Assembly: GCF_004010195.1 (NCBI RefSeq)
Contig: NC_057718.1
Span: forward strand, 5,416,325 to 5,480,324
Direction: 5' to 3'
From: Chiloscyllium plagiosum
Taxonomy: Eukaryota
Length of the DNA: 64,000 nucleotides
Shown here: positions 49,875-63,139 of the stretch, piece after piece
Layout of the letters: each line of letters starts with the position of its first letter
How positions within the stretch are numbered: position 1 is the stretch's first letter
The notes under the pieces: model-generated
The model's database searches: none
What the model was told of the DNA's origin: nothing
What the model saw: only the letters and a program-made list of their open reading frames with translations
Made by a program: the position numbers and the translations under genes

Positions 49875-50460
49875 ACAGTTTATAAAGGTTCATTCCTGGA
49901 ATGATGGTTTGTCTCATGAAGAAGCATGGAGCAGTTTGCAACTTCACTAATTGGACTTCAGAAGATTGAGAGGTAATCTTATTGAAACCTATCAGATTTA
50001 CTGTTTAAAAAATAATGGTTGCCTATTTAAGATAGAGATGGGGGAAAATACTCTCAGTGGGTTGTGAATCCTTGGAATCCCTTCGTCAAAAGGCAGTTGA
50101 TGTAGAATTACTACATACTTTGAAAGAAGTGGCAGAGAGATCTTTGATTACTGAAGGGATGAAAAATTATCAGGGGTATGCAGGAATGTGGAGTTGAGGT
50201 TAAAATCAAATCAGCCATGATCTTGTTGAATGGGAGAACAAACCCAAAGGGTTTAATGGTCTACTATTGTTCCTTGTTCATATGTTGGTATTCCAAATGA
50301 TTTTGTCAGTGTGTAGATGCATGGAAGACATTTCCTGTTGTGGTGAAATCCTGTTGCGGTCATTGTTTAAGGATAGGGAGTTTCCCAATTAAGTTGGGAT
50401 TAAGGAAGAATTTCTTCCTTCAACCATCACTAGTGTTTAGAATTGTCTTCCACAGAGAGC
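49875..50460 (+). mobile_element. Old CR1 3' fragments
   Basis: RRLRGNLIETY; cagccatgatcttgttgaatgg tail. Confidence 0.7.
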
Positions 50461-50464
50461 ACTA

Positions 50465-51770
50465 GTCAAGAGCATCAATTTCCTAGGAATGACAATCACA
50501 GACAACATATCCTGGTCCACCCATGTTGATGGTATGGTCATGAAAACACAATAATGCCTCTACTTCCTCAGGAGGCCAAGGGAATTTGGCATGTCCATAA
50601 AAACTCCCACCAATTTTTACAAATGCACCATCAAGACATTCCATCTGATGCACCATGACTTGTATGGTAACTGCTCTGCCTGGGACCATAAGATACTACA
50701 GGATTGTGAACATAGCCCATTCTTCATACAAGCCAATCTTCCATCCATTGTAATCGACCAGACCAGACCTCCTCAAAACATTTCAAGAAAGTATCCTGGA
50801 CCCTAACTTTGCTAGCTGTTTTAAGCAGGTGTAAAGTGGATATTCCAGGAGTAATGCAGCTGGCCCACCCACTTAGTTTTAAACAAAACAGAATTTATTT
50901 GCAATATTACAGAATGAAACACAAATAAAAGAAAACAGAACATTGAATAACTTAACTGATCTGAAAACCCAACAGATCATCCCAACTTAATGATGCTGTT
51001 CTAAATACTTGCAACAATCCCCATAAATACCCCTTTGCACAAAAAGGAAAGATCCAATACATGGTCTTACAGGAGAGATGTCAGAGAGAGGGAGGATCAG
51101 CATGGACCTGCTTCTTTGGGTCCAGCAGCTTCACAATTGACTGCCTGCTAAAACCAAACCAAATCAAACCCAAACCAAACCAAACCAAACCAGAGAGAAG
51201 CTGAACTGGGAGAACTGACCACTCCCCTTTCATTGTACAAATGTTTTTTTTAAAATTGAAAGCTTTTTGCCTGAGGCAGTATCTGTTAGCTATTATCAAA
51301 TTGGCCCTAAAACCCTTCAAACCTGGACTTCCTGAAGTCTTTGTGTTTCCAATCATTCTGAAAAAATAACCTGAGGACAATCTAATCTTGTAATAGGAGC
51401 AGCAGCATCACACCATCTATATTGCTCGCTGTCTCGGGAAGGCAGCCACCGTCATCAAAGACTCCTCCTACTCTAGTTACAATCTCTTCCAACTTCTTCT
51501 GTTGAGCAGAAGATGCAAAAGCTTAAACACATGTATTAACAGATTAAAGAACAGCTTCTTCCAAGCTGTTATTAGACTTTTGAATGGATCCTTCAAATTT
51601 TAAATTTAATGTTGATCTCGCTCGTAATGCACTTTCCCTGCAATCGTAACGTTGCATTCCTCCTTCTGTTCTCTTCCCCTTATGTGCTTTGTACGGTAGG
51701 ATCTGCCTGTACGGCACACAACACAAAACTTTTCACTGTGCCTAGGTACATAATAAATCAAATCAAATTT
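50465..51770 (+). mobile_element. Rex1/Babar fragment split by a solo LTR
   Basis: LYFLRR..EFGMS, LYGNCSAWDHK; resumes at 51413 with KAATVIKD...NSFF; aataaatcaaatcaaa tail. Confidence 0.8.
50749..51412 (-). mobile_element. Solo LTR (664 bp)
   Basis: TG...CA termini, ccat on both flanks (50745-50748, 51413-51416), AATAAA on the minus strand near 50895, internal (aaacc)n. Confidence 0.7.
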
Positions 51771-52074
51771 TTTAAAAAGCCCAGTATATTCAAGGCTGAG
51801 TTAGACAGATTTGTGATGGCTGAAATGACTGTGGCCTTTCCTGCCTGTCCCCATAATCCTTAACTCCCTTGTCAAACAAAAATCCTTCTAACTAGGCCTT
51901 GAGCAGATTCATTGACCTATTGAGAATTCTGAAGAGCAACAACCTTTAGGAGAAGAAATTCCTCCCCAACTCCATCTTAAATGGGAGACTCCTTATCTTT
52001 AAACAGTACCCTCTTGATCTAGCTTCTCCCACGAAAGAAAAAATCTTCTCAATGTCCACTTTGTCAAGACTACT

Positions 52075-52360
52075 CAGTGGCTCAGTGGTTAGCACTGCTG
52101 CCGCACAGTCCCAGGTTCGATTCCAGCCTTGGGCGACTGCCTGTGTGGAGTTTGCACATTCTCCCTGTGTCTGTGTGGGTTTCCTCCGGGTGCTCCAGTT
52201 TCCTCGTGCAGGCCAGGTGAATTGGCCATGTTAAATTGCCCATAGTGCTAGGTGCATTAGTCAGAGGGAAATAGGTCTGGGTGGATTACTCTTCAGAGGG
52301 TCGGTGTGGACTGGTTGGGCCGAAGGGCCTGTTTCCACACTGTAGGGGAATCTAATCTAT
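52075..52360 (+). mobile_element. HE1/V-SINE-type SINE inserted in an old minus-strand CR1 fragment
   Basis: cagtggctcagtggttagcactgctgc head; aatctaatcta tail. Confidence 0.9.
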
Positions 52361-52409
52361 CTTCGATGTTTCGATAAATTCACCTCTTATTCTTCTAAAC
52401 ACCAATGAG

Positions 52410-52908
52410 TATTGATTGATTGATTGGTCTGTTGTTATGTACAATGAAAAACTTTATTTGCATTCAATACAGGCAGATCATACTGAACAAGAGTGTACAG
52501 ATCAGAGAGCGTACAAAGACTTGGACAGAGGCATTAAGGTTGTATGCTAGACAAGATTAACGTTAGCAAGATCAGCATTATTTGAAGTTACAGAGTCCAT
52601 TCATAAGTCTAACAACAGCAGGAAAAAAGCTGTTCATGGACCCGTTGGTGTGTATGTTCAGGCTTCTGTATCTTCTGCCTGATGGAAGAGATTGTAGGAG
52701 GTCATTACAGGGTTGCAATGGTTCTTTGGTGATGTTGGCAGCCTTTCCACAGCAGTGACCTGTGTAAATGGAGTCCATGGATGGAAGTTGGCTCCCATGA
52801 TGGCCTGGAATGTGCACACCACCTTCTGTCGTTTATTACAGTACTGGGCAGAGCAGTTACCATATCTGGGTGTTATGCCCCCAGACATTATGCTTTCTGT
52901 AGTGCATC
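52410..52908 (-). mobile_element. Rex1/Babar 3' fragment
   Basis: ORF 52578-52817 LPSGRRYRSLNIHT..NSFFPAVVRLMN; (attg)n tail. Confidence 0.85.
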
Positions 52909-54174
52909 TGGGGCCAACCCAGTCAACGTTTCCTCTTCAGACAAATTCATCCTAGGAATTGGCCTCATGAACCAGCTAAAACACCTAGGTGACCCATTGA
53001 AGACCCCTTTCACACTTACTAGCAGTGATCTGAGTGGTTGGGGTTGGGAGCTCTCTCTCTCCCATCTCCCACACTGCACTCCTAGTCAGATGAGCAGGAC
53101 ACCCCACTTCCTGCAGATTGGAAGGCCAGACTGCTCCCAAACTATCTGTTCCTTCCAGGCACATTCCATAAAGTGGCCATTTATTCCTTGGGGTGCTGCT
53201 GAGACCACTGATTTGTCGCCTCTCGCGATTGACCACTGTTTCCTACATGTGGGCAACTGACCCTTTGAAACTCATAAACTCTGCTGGGAATTGCACAGAT
53301 GGTTCTGGCTTTCTAGCCTGTCACCGGAACCCCACCAATAGAATAACATATAACCCCATTGACTCCATTTTTCTCTCTCCACGGATGCAGCCAGAGCTGC
53401 TGAGCACTTCCTGCATTTTCCATTTTTCCATTAATCGGTGACGCCCCTGGTTCTCTCTTGAGTGGTTACAAGAGATGACACTATTTCCAAAACGCCCGTG
53501 ACCTCTACTCAGTATCCAGATCAATGTTTATCCCCAATCAAAATTGGCCAAAATAAGAATATCCATTTTCCATAACACAGGAAGCTTGCTTGGAGCAGTC
53601 TGGCTCTCAGGTTTCCTATATGATTAAAATTACTGTGCTTCAAAAATACCCTATCACCTGTGAAGCATTTTGGATACCAAAAAGTTGTGAAAGGTATTAT
53701 ATAAATGTAATTTATTTCTTTCCGCAAACGGAAAATTACACAGAGTGAAGTTTCAACACAAAACATTTTGGACAAAAAATAACAAGGTAAAATAAATTGA
53801 ACAAAATAATGTTCAGTCATTCAGTCAGAGTGACCTTTGTCAAAACTGTGAGGTGCCTCTGAGTCTGAGCTGTTGCCTTCCTGCTGCTAATTCTTGAGCC
53901 ATGTCTCTAGCCCTTGCAGACATTATACATAGACCTTTTCTTACTGTGAGAGACAAGGGGCAGCTTGACATTATCCGCCTCCTCTCTTTTCAGGCAATTT
54001 CTTTTCGCAGCACGCAACCAGAACTTGTTGCCTGTTGGCTGATACTGTGTGAATGGTCAGACCCCATATGGAATGATGACTTCAATCTTGGCACCACATC
54101 CTTCGAGGAAAACTAACCAGAGAGTAGATTAAAAAGGTGATTTTCTTTGGACATTTCACATAAACTAACCTTCA

Positions 54175-54720
54175 AAGTGTGGCAGATTAAGAGGCAACCT
54201 AATAGAGGAATTCTCCAATGTTGAAACATTTATAGAATCTTAGAGTCATACAGCACGCAAACAGTCCAACTTGTCCATGCTGAGTAAGTTTCCCAAACTA
54301 GATCAGTCCCATTTGCTTGTGTATGGCCAATTTCCCTCCCAATCTTTCCTATTCATGTACCTGTCCAAATATCTTTTACACTTTCCAAATGTACTAAGAG
54401 TGAAGGTAGAGATGGGTGGGTGATGGGAAAGAGGGGGCGCGGGTAATAGACCAGAAATTTAAAATTAGACAGACAAATTAGACAAAATCAGGGATAACAT
54501 CACACGGCGGGGACTGGGAATCTGGAACTCTGTCCTTGAAATTAATTTTGAGGCCAGAGACCATTTGGATGCTCATTATTGAGGTTCATGGTGTTTTGTT
54601 AACTATAATTAAAGATTATGGAACCAAGCTAGGTAGATGGAGTTCAGATATAAATCAGCCATGATCTTAATGAGTAAGGAATGAGGTTCGAGGGGTGAAT
54701 GGCCTCCTTCTGTTCCTATC
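54175..54720. mobile_element. Old CR1 fragment (+) with a nested CR1 3' end (54235-54378, minus)
   Basis: RLRGNLIE; agagtcatacagcacg tail; cagccatgatc...cctccttctgttcctat tail. Confidence 0.7.
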
Positions 54721-55994
54721 TATAGGGATATCCCAGAATTATGTTAACCCTGTAGTAGGGGTTTGGAGAGTATGTTAGTACCTCAAAAGGTTTCCTGGCC
54801 TTTACTTAGGTCTGTACACGACCCGTCTGGATGTGATTGACTTTTTAAATAAGATTCTCTGGGAATGTGTTACCATCTGTGCAAGTTTCACGAGGCACTG
54901 GTTGATATCTGTACTGAATCCTTTGGGTCATATTAGCATTTTGGCTGGGCTGGGTGGATTCTCATCCCTGTCTCCCAGTCAATGAATCTGAAGACAATGA
55001 GAGAAATCAGGGTGTGAGGCAACTAAAGACATAACAAAAACTAAGGCCAGAATTACAGGCTCCCTTCTCAAAAAACAAGCAGAAAAAATATCTTTCACAA
55101 AGTATGGATAGCCTCTACAAATCTGAAATGAAAATGACAAGAAAATTACGAGAAGTGAGTTTCATCAGTTTTAAGAGAAATGGCGAGAGGGAGAAAGCAA
55201 AGGGCCATGCATTCTGGTAGAGAAAGAATGTCCAACTTTAATCTTGAAATAACATCTGTCACATTGACTGAAGCTATATAATGGCTCTGAATGAAAAGCT
55301 TCTTCACTAACACATACTTTGCCAGTGATTGTACATTATACAGCCTTTTCTGATCAGCAACAGGTGAGGGAACATTTGTTAAGGAACCCAGGGGTGGGCT
55401 GGGGTGGGTACTAATTGGATGGCAATATTAGCTTTTTTTTCATAATCCAGAAGCCAATTTGATTAATTACACTGCTTTTGAAGGACTCTACTGGACAACT
55501 AGCACATGTTTAATCAAGTACAAAGCACTAATTAGCCTCGGTCTATGAGAACAATTCAAAGTTACTGTAGAAAAATAAATCGAAATTAATTTTATGTTGT
55601 CAATGGAATTCTAGACAAAATAACAGTGTTTTAGTCTCATGTAGTACAGGTAAAACTTACTTGCCTGTACAAACTGATCATTCAAACACACCATAACCTA
55701 TTAATCATTCCTCTGTCATCTTTGAAGTTTGAGTGACTGTTGCACAGATGGAGTTTATCTCAGACCGGCACTGTGATGCTACATGTTACACTCCACCCAC
55801 AACTGAACATAAATTTGCTGTTCCTTCAGTCACTGGGTCAGAATTCTGAAATTTCCAATTGGCATTGCATCTGCAATATGTGGACTATACTGGCTCACCG
55901 CATCTTCTCAAGGGCAATTGTAGTTGGACAATAAAATCCAACCTTGCTAGGAATTCTCACATCCCCGGAATGAATTTAAGCTTTTGGATACAGG

Positions 55995-56330
55995 GAATGT
56001 ATGGTTAAATTCAACAGAACAAGTTCTCACAATGACATAACAATCGACGAACAGCCCTTTTTGAGTGATTCTGGATGATAAATATGGGCCAGATGTCTGG
56101 GTCATCTGTGTTGGTCTTGTTTGAAGTAGTGCTGTGGAATATTTTATTCCCATCTGAAAGAGAGAACAGATCCTTGGCCAGCAATGTCTCATCCAAAGGA
56201 TGGCTATTTAGACAATGTGCCAACTTTTCCAGTATGGTGGTCCCTCAGTACTGCTTTGGAAGCTCTAGCCTGAAAGATGTGCTCTAACCATCAAGCCCAG
56301 AAACACAATTGCTACCCATTGAGCCAAAGG
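55995..56330 (-). mobile_element. Deu-domain SINE
   Basis: ggatgataaatatgggccag...aatgtctcatccaaagga...ccctcagtactgc. Confidence 0.7.
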
Positions 56331-56344
56331 ACCACTTTAAAGTG

Positions 56345-56802
56345 GTGATGTGGAGGTGCTGGTGTTGGACTGAGGGGGTCAGAGTCAGAAGCCACATGAC
56401 TCCAGGTTACAGGTTTACTTAAAGTCACAAGCTTACAGAGCGCTGCCCCTTCATCAGGTGAAGGAGCAGTGCCCTGAAAGCTTGGAATTCAAATAAACCT
56501 TATGTCAACAGGTTATAATCCAACAAGTTTATTTGAAATCTGCATCTCCTTTCTAACTGATTAAAGATTTAATGGGAGGGAGTCAGCCATTTTCAGTTTG
56601 TCCAATACATTCACATCAGTTGTATGATCCTTTGATCTTTCACTTATAAATTCTGAGTCTGTTGCCTCCTCTCTCACTACATTTGATGAAGGAGCAACAC
56701 TCTGAAAGCTAGTGTTTCCTAATGAACTTGTTTGACTATAACCTAGTGTTGTGTGATTTTTGACCTTGAGTGACCCAGTCTAACACCAGCCCCTCCACAT
56801 CA
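56345..56802. mobile_element. Penelope-like terminal element with inverted ends and decayed hammerhead motifs (GAAAGCU family)
   Basis: gatgtggaggtgctggtgttggactg / cagtctaacaccagcccctccacatc inverted termini; tgatgaaggagcaacactctgaaagcta at ~56684-56711. Confidence 0.7.
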
Positions 56803-57277
56803 AATGAACCTGTTGGGCTACAATTGGCCATTGAAGTGAAGCAGGGAAAAGAAACACATGTGGCTGGACTGGTGCTCAAAGGGTTAAGAGTGTTGAACAG
56901 TTTTCTATTTGCTCCTCCATTCCCAGAATATACCGATCAGAGTGACTGTGTTGCCAACAAAATCTCACACAATTGTCCTTTAAATCACACCAGAGTGCAA
57001 ATAGGATATTCAAGCTGATAGGATGGAGCTTAGCATGAGAATTAATAGTAAACAGGCATTGGGTTACAGGCACATCATAGTTCAGTTCCATATTCAGGGA
57101 CAGTGCTTCCATGTACAGCTGTGTGTGCAGGTTTAATTGAGGATCTGTCCAGGTTACAGTATGTTCTGTTCTTTTTATGGGTGCATTTTGGCCAGGTCTC
57201 CAGAGGCAGGAGAATTGATAGCCTCAGGGACAAAGATGGCAAAATGAACCTGACACTTTAGAAAGTAGTGAAAGGTC

Positions 57278-57885
57278 ACACCACACAAATGTCAGGCGAT
57301 GACAATCTCCAACAGGAGAAAGTCTACTCCATCAATTGCTATCACTGAGACCTCCATTACAAACATCCTGGGCTTCACCACTGGCAAGAAGCTGAATTGG
57401 ACCATAAAGACAATGGTGATAGAACAGAGGCTGGGGAATTCTGAGGCAAGGAAGTCAACTTCTGATTCCCAAATGCCTCCCCATCTTCATGTGAGAGCAA
57501 CCGCATCAGGGACAGAGCAGTTCTATTCATTGTACCCGATCCGACACCTTCTACATGCGTGCCCTCTTCCACCAACACACTAATGCGATCAACATGGCCC
57601 ATCTACAACATGTACTTTCCGAACACATCGCCTCTACCACCGAGAAGGAGAGCAACTTCTAGAAGTTCCCCTTCCGACCACACACCATCTACATACCATC
57701 CTGCCTTGGAAGTATATCACCATTCCTTTACTGTCACTTGGAGTCCTGGAGTTCCCTCCCTAAGAGCACTGTGACTATCACTTCACCTCAAGGACTGCAG
57801 CAGTTCAAGGAAGCATCTCACCACCACTTTCTCTAGGGCAATTCAGTTAGCCACTTTTACAACACCCCATGAACAATTTTTTAAA
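57278..57885 (+). mobile_element. CR1-group LINE 3' fragment
   Basis: MTISNRR..., TGKKLNWT; ctcaccaccactttctctagggcaatt end. Confidence 0.75.
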
Positions 57886-58578
57886 AATGTCCCATGAACA
57901 AGTACTAAGGAGTTGCCACTTGCACGTGTACAGCGACACTATAGCAATGACCCATTCAGCTGGACAGCTGTCTTGGGTTAGCTGGCAAGGTGGGGCAAAG
58001 CAACAAGACATTTTCCTGCCACTACAACAGCCAGTGCAATGTAGTTCAGATGAGGCATCAAGTCAACTTATAACCCTCATTGATGCCTCCTTGAACTGCT
58101 GCAGTCCTTGAAGTGAAGTGACAGTCACAGTGCGCTGAGGGAGAGAACTCCAGGACTCCAAGTGACAGTGAAGGAACCACGATATAGTTTCAAGTCAAGA
58201 TGGCATGTGGCTGGAAGGGGAGCTTTCTCTGTGATTTCTCAGATTGACCATTTTCAGACATGTGTTTTAATCCTCCCCAACTCTCTCACCTCCCCAAGCC
58301 CCACAAACAACACTTCAAATTTTAGTCCCTTGCTTATCCTTGATACTTATCACTTCACACTTAGGCATAAACTCTGACACTCTGGAAATTGTACATAACT
58401 CCTCCTCCCGACCTCAATTCATTTAAATCCACTTCTTAAAACCCATCACTTTGACTAAGCTTTGGGTCCAGTGTCTTAACGTCCAACTACAAAACAAAAT
58501 ACTGCTGAAAATTTGAAAGAAAATTGTCAATGACCCAAAACATTAACTCTGTTTCTTTCCATAATTGTTGTCTGAGCT

Positions 58579-61500
58579 AGAACATAGAACATAGTACATA
58601 GAAAATTACAGCACAGAACAGGCCCTTTGGCCGACAATGTTGTGCCCGAGGATTAATCTGAATGTAATATAAAATAACCTTACCTATGCACCTTTCAATT
58701 TGCTGCTGTCCATGTGCATGTCCAGCAGGCGCTTAAATATCCTGAATGATGCTGCTTCCACCACCACCGCTGGCAGCGCATTCCATGCATTCACAACTCT
58801 CTGCAAAAAGAACCTACCTCTGACGTCTCCTCTATACCTTCCTCCTAATATATTCAAACTATGACCCCTCGTCCCAATCAATCCTGCCCTGGGGAAAAGT
58901 CTCTGGCTATTGACTCTATCCATGCCTCTTTTTACCTTGTACGCCTTGATCAGATCACCTCTCTTCCTCCTTCTCTCCAGAAAGAAAAGTCTAAGCTTAG
59001 TCAACCTCTCTTCCTACGACAAGCTCTCCAGTCCAGGCAGCATCCTGGTAAACCTTCTTTGCACCCTCTCCCAAGCCTCTGTATCTTTCCTATAGTAGGG
59101 TGACCAGAACTGGACACAATATTCCAAGTGTGGTCTCACCAGGGACTTGTAGAGCTGCAGCAAAACCTAGTGGGTCTTAAACTCGATACCCCTGTTAATG
59201 AAAGCCAAAACACCATATGCTTTCTTAACAATCCTATCCATTTTGAGGGATCTATGCACTTGAACACCAAGATCCCTCTGTTCCTCCACACTGCCAAGAA
59301 TCCTGTCTTTAATTCTATATTCAGCATTCGAGTTCGACCTTCCAAAATGCATCACTTCACATTTATTCAGGTTGAACTCCATCTGCCATTTCTCAGCCCA
59401 GCTCTGCATTCTGTCTATGTCGTGCTGCAGCCTGCAGTAGCCCTCTATACTGTCAACGATATCTCCAACCTTTGTGTCATCTGCAAATTTAACCCACCCC
59501 TCAACCTCCTTCTCCAAGTCATTTATAAAAACTACAAAGAGCAGAGGCCCAAGAACAGAGGCCTGTGGGAGACCACTCAACACTGACCTCCAGGCAGAAT
59601 ACTTTCCATCTACAACCACTCTCTGCCTTTAGTCAGCCAACCAATTCTGAATCCAGATAGCCAAATCTCCCTGTATCCCATACTTCCTGACTTTATGAAT
59701 CAGCCTACCATGGGGAACCTTATCAAATGCCTTGCTGAAGTCCACATACACCACATCCACTGCTTGACCTTCGTCGACCTGTCTTGTCACCTCCTCGAAG
59801 AACTCAATAAGATTAGTTAGGCACGACCTGCCCCTCACACAGCCTTGCTGACCATCTTTAATAGTGCTATGCTTTTCCAAATAGTCATAACTCCTATCCC
59901 TCAGAATTTTTTCCAAAACCTTGCTGACCACAGACATAAGACTGACTGGTCTGTAATTGGCAAAGATTTCCCTATTCCCCTTCTTGAAAAGAGGAACAAC
60001 ATTCACCTCCTTCCAATCCTCCGGTATGACTCCTGTGGAGAGTGAGGAAGCAAAGATCTTCACCAGGGGCTTAGCAACCTCCTTTCTCACTTCCCGGAGC
60101 AAACTAGGATAAATCTGATCTGGGCCTGGGGAGTTATCAATGTTAATGTTTGCCAAAATTTCCAGCATATCAAATTCATCAATCTTAATCTGTTCAAACC
60201 GATTTCTCAGCTCCTCAAAGTTCTCATTCACAACAAGGTCCCTTTCCTTAGTGAAAACTGAGGCAAAAAACTCATTTAGGGGCTTCCTCAATCTGCTGAG
60301 ACTCCACGCACAAGTTCCCTCTGCTCTCCCTGATCAGCCCTATCTTCTCCCTGATCTTTCTCTTAATCTTCATGTACGAGTAAAATGCCTTTGGGTTCTC
60401 CCTAATCCTTCCTGCCAAACCTTGCTCGTGCCTCCTCCTGGCTCTCCTCAGTCCATTTCTGAGCTCCTTTATAGCAAGCCTGTAATCCTCTGAACCTATG
60501 CTAGATCCTTGCTTCCTCTACCTTACGTAAGCTGCCTTCTTCCTTTTAAAAAGCTCCTCTGTTCTCGTCATCCAAAGCTCCATAATCTTACCCCTTTTTA
60601 CCTGTCTCAGAGGAACAAATTCGTGCATCACTCGAAACAACTGCTCCTTAAACAATCTCTACATGTCTGCTGTGTCCTTTCTGTGGAACAATTGCTCCCA
60701 GTCTTTACTTCTGAACTCCTGTCTGATAATGTCATAATTTCATTTTCCCCAATTAAATATCTTCCCTCGGTAATTGCTCCTTTCCCTCTCCAAAACTATG
60801 GTAAATGTGAGGCAGTTGTGATCACTGTCACCAATGTGTTCGCCCACCATGAGATCTGACATCTGTCCTGGCTCATTGCCGAGCACCAAATCCAAAATGG
60901 TCTCTCCCCTCATTGGCCTGTCTACATACTGAGTAAGGAAACCCTCCTGAATACACCTGACAAAAACAGCTCCATCCAAACCATCTGCACTAAGAATGTT
61001 CCAGTTGATATTGGGAAAGTTGAAGTCACCCATAACAACAACCCTGCTACATCTGCATTTTCCAAAACCTGCCGGCTTATTAGTTCTTCAATCTCTCTAC
61101 TGCTATTCGCAGGTCTGTAAAAAACCCCAAAGAGGTGGCTGCTCCTTTGCTGTTCCTAACTTCCACCCATATTGACTCGGTAGGCAAACCTTCCTCAACG
61201 ACCTTCATTTCTGTAGCTGTGATGCACTCTCTGATTAGCAATGCTACACTCCCTCCTCTTTTTCCACTCTCCCTGTTCTTTTTAAATGTTCTAAACCCTG
61301 GAACATCTAGCAACCATTCCTGCCTATGTGAAACCCACGTCTCCGTTATGGCCAACATCGTAGCCCCGAGTACTGATCCATGATCTAAGTTCTTTACTCT
61401 TATTTCTGACACTCCTTGCGTTAAAGCAGACACACTTTAACCGATCCTTTGTTTCATTGCATGAGAAACCTTCCCAATAGATTCACTACATCCTGTCACT

Positions 61501-61913
61501 GCCCCATCTACAACTAACCCCTTCTCAGACATGTAGCTCTGATTCCCACCCATGCCCCGCCAAATTAGTTTAAACCCTCCTGAACCACACGAGCAAGTCT
61601 CCCACCCAGGACATTTGTACCCCTCCAGTTCAGGTGCAACCTGTCCTTCATGTACAGATCCCACCTTCCCCAGAAGGTATTCCACTGGTCTAGGTATCTG
61701 AAGCCCCCCCCTCCTGCACCAGCCTCGCAGCCACGTGTTAAGCTGCATTCGCTGACTGTTCCTCACCTCACTATCTCGTGGCACTGGTAGCAAACCTGAG
61801 ATCATTTCTCTACTCGTCCTGCTCTTCAGCTTCCAACGTAGCTCTCTGTAGTCACTTTTCAGATCCTTAATCCCTTTCCTGGCTATATTATTGGTGCCAA
61901 TATGTACCACAAT
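58579..61913 (-). mobile_element. Long CR1 LINE: 3' half of ORF1 (SGNH/GDSL esterase domain) plus ORF2 (APE endonuclease and RT) and (ttctatg)n tail; inactivated
   Basis: ORF1 IVVHIGTNNI...ISGLLPVPR; EN AITETW, MGDFNFPNINW, LDLVLGN, SDHN; RT YRPVSL, DFSKAFDKVPH, PQASVLGP, KFADD; ORF2 split across several frames. Confidence 0.95.
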
Positions 61914-61944
61914 ATTTGCTCGGTATTTCCAGCATTTTCTGCTT

Positions 61945-62140
61945 TTTTTATTCATTCAGGGGATGTGGGACATTAATGACTGAGTCAGTATTTATTGCCC
62001 ATACATAGGTGCCCTTGATAAGGTAGTGATGAGCTGCCGTATATGGTGTAGGGGCACCCAGAGTTCCGTCAGGTATGGAATTCCTGAATTTTGACTCAGA
62101 GACACTGAAGGTGACAACTGAGAGGTCTGCTTTGTCTTGG
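61945..62140 (-). mobile_element. CR1-group LINE 3' end followed by a short PLE fold-back remnant (62145-62260)
   Basis: ttttttattcattcagggg...tttattgcccat; aaagtgaggattgcagacgctggag...gatgctgcctgac. Confidence 0.7.
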
Positions 62141-63139
62141 ATGGCAGGTGAAAGTGAGGATTGCAGACGCTGGAGATCAGAATCAAGATTAGACTGGTGC
62201 GATAGGGATGCTCCTCGGATGCTGCCTGACTTGCTGTGCTTTTCCAGCACCACTCCAATCCCTTGAACTGAACTAAACTAAATCTTGCTTAGAAAGAACC
62301 TAAAACTGGCTTCTGATTTTAAGTTTCAATTCTTCTTACCTAAAACTCTGATGTTTTCTGAATTGAACCAAACTTAACACAAAACTAACAGCTTAATATG
62401 TTTACATGGCCCATCATAACCACCAAATTATAAACATCTTAATTATTTAACACTCCGAGGATTGTTCTATGTCCTTAAAGATAGTCACATTCCTTCTTGG
62501 AATGGGTGCATTTATATCACTGTTCCAGAATTTCTTTCTGACCTTATTTTTTTTAAAAGACAAACCTCCATGTCACTAACCCACATTCACATGTCTCCCT
62601 TATTATGACAATCCACATTCCAAAAAATGATAATAATTCAGTTTATACACCATTTATTACAGCTGATTGTTGCATCAAGAGTTGCTAATAATTGTGAATC
62701 TAAGGTATATGAGGTTACTGCTAACCTCTAGAATGAGGCTATCAATGTTGCTGGAAGATAGACTCCGTACATTCTGAGTCATTACTTTTGTCTTCCTGAA
62801 GGTGAATGTCAGTGCAAACTGCTTGCAAGCTCAGGAGAACCAGTCTACAAGCTGCTAAAGTGATATGGGATATAAACACTGTACCATCAGCAAACAGTGA
62901 CTCACAGACACTGAATGTCTAGGGCAGTATGCTGTTTGGTCGTGGTGAGCTGCATTGCTCAGCTGCACAGGTTTCTCGGAGCTCTGCTCTACAGTTGACC
63001 CTCTTGCTTGAGTTGCCAAGACTGACTGATAACAGCACACAGAAAATATGGCAAAGTGAATTGGCACCATGATGCAGGTCTGCTTTACCCCACTCCTGTT
63101 CTTGAAATCTTCCAATGACACTCTATTGTAATTGATGGA

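Noticed and set aside
52781..53260. 159-aa ORF
   Set aside because: It starts in antisense Rex1 sequence and runs into a probable repeat; no domain recognised
53994..54116. Acceptor followed by AISFRS...WSDPIWNDDFNL, faintly C2-domain-like
   Set aside because: Only a short motif resemblance; it ends in a stop with no partner exons
58684..61433. Possible active reverse transcriptase gene
   Set aside because: ORF2 is broken into several frames by stops and frameshifts, and the 5' end is missing
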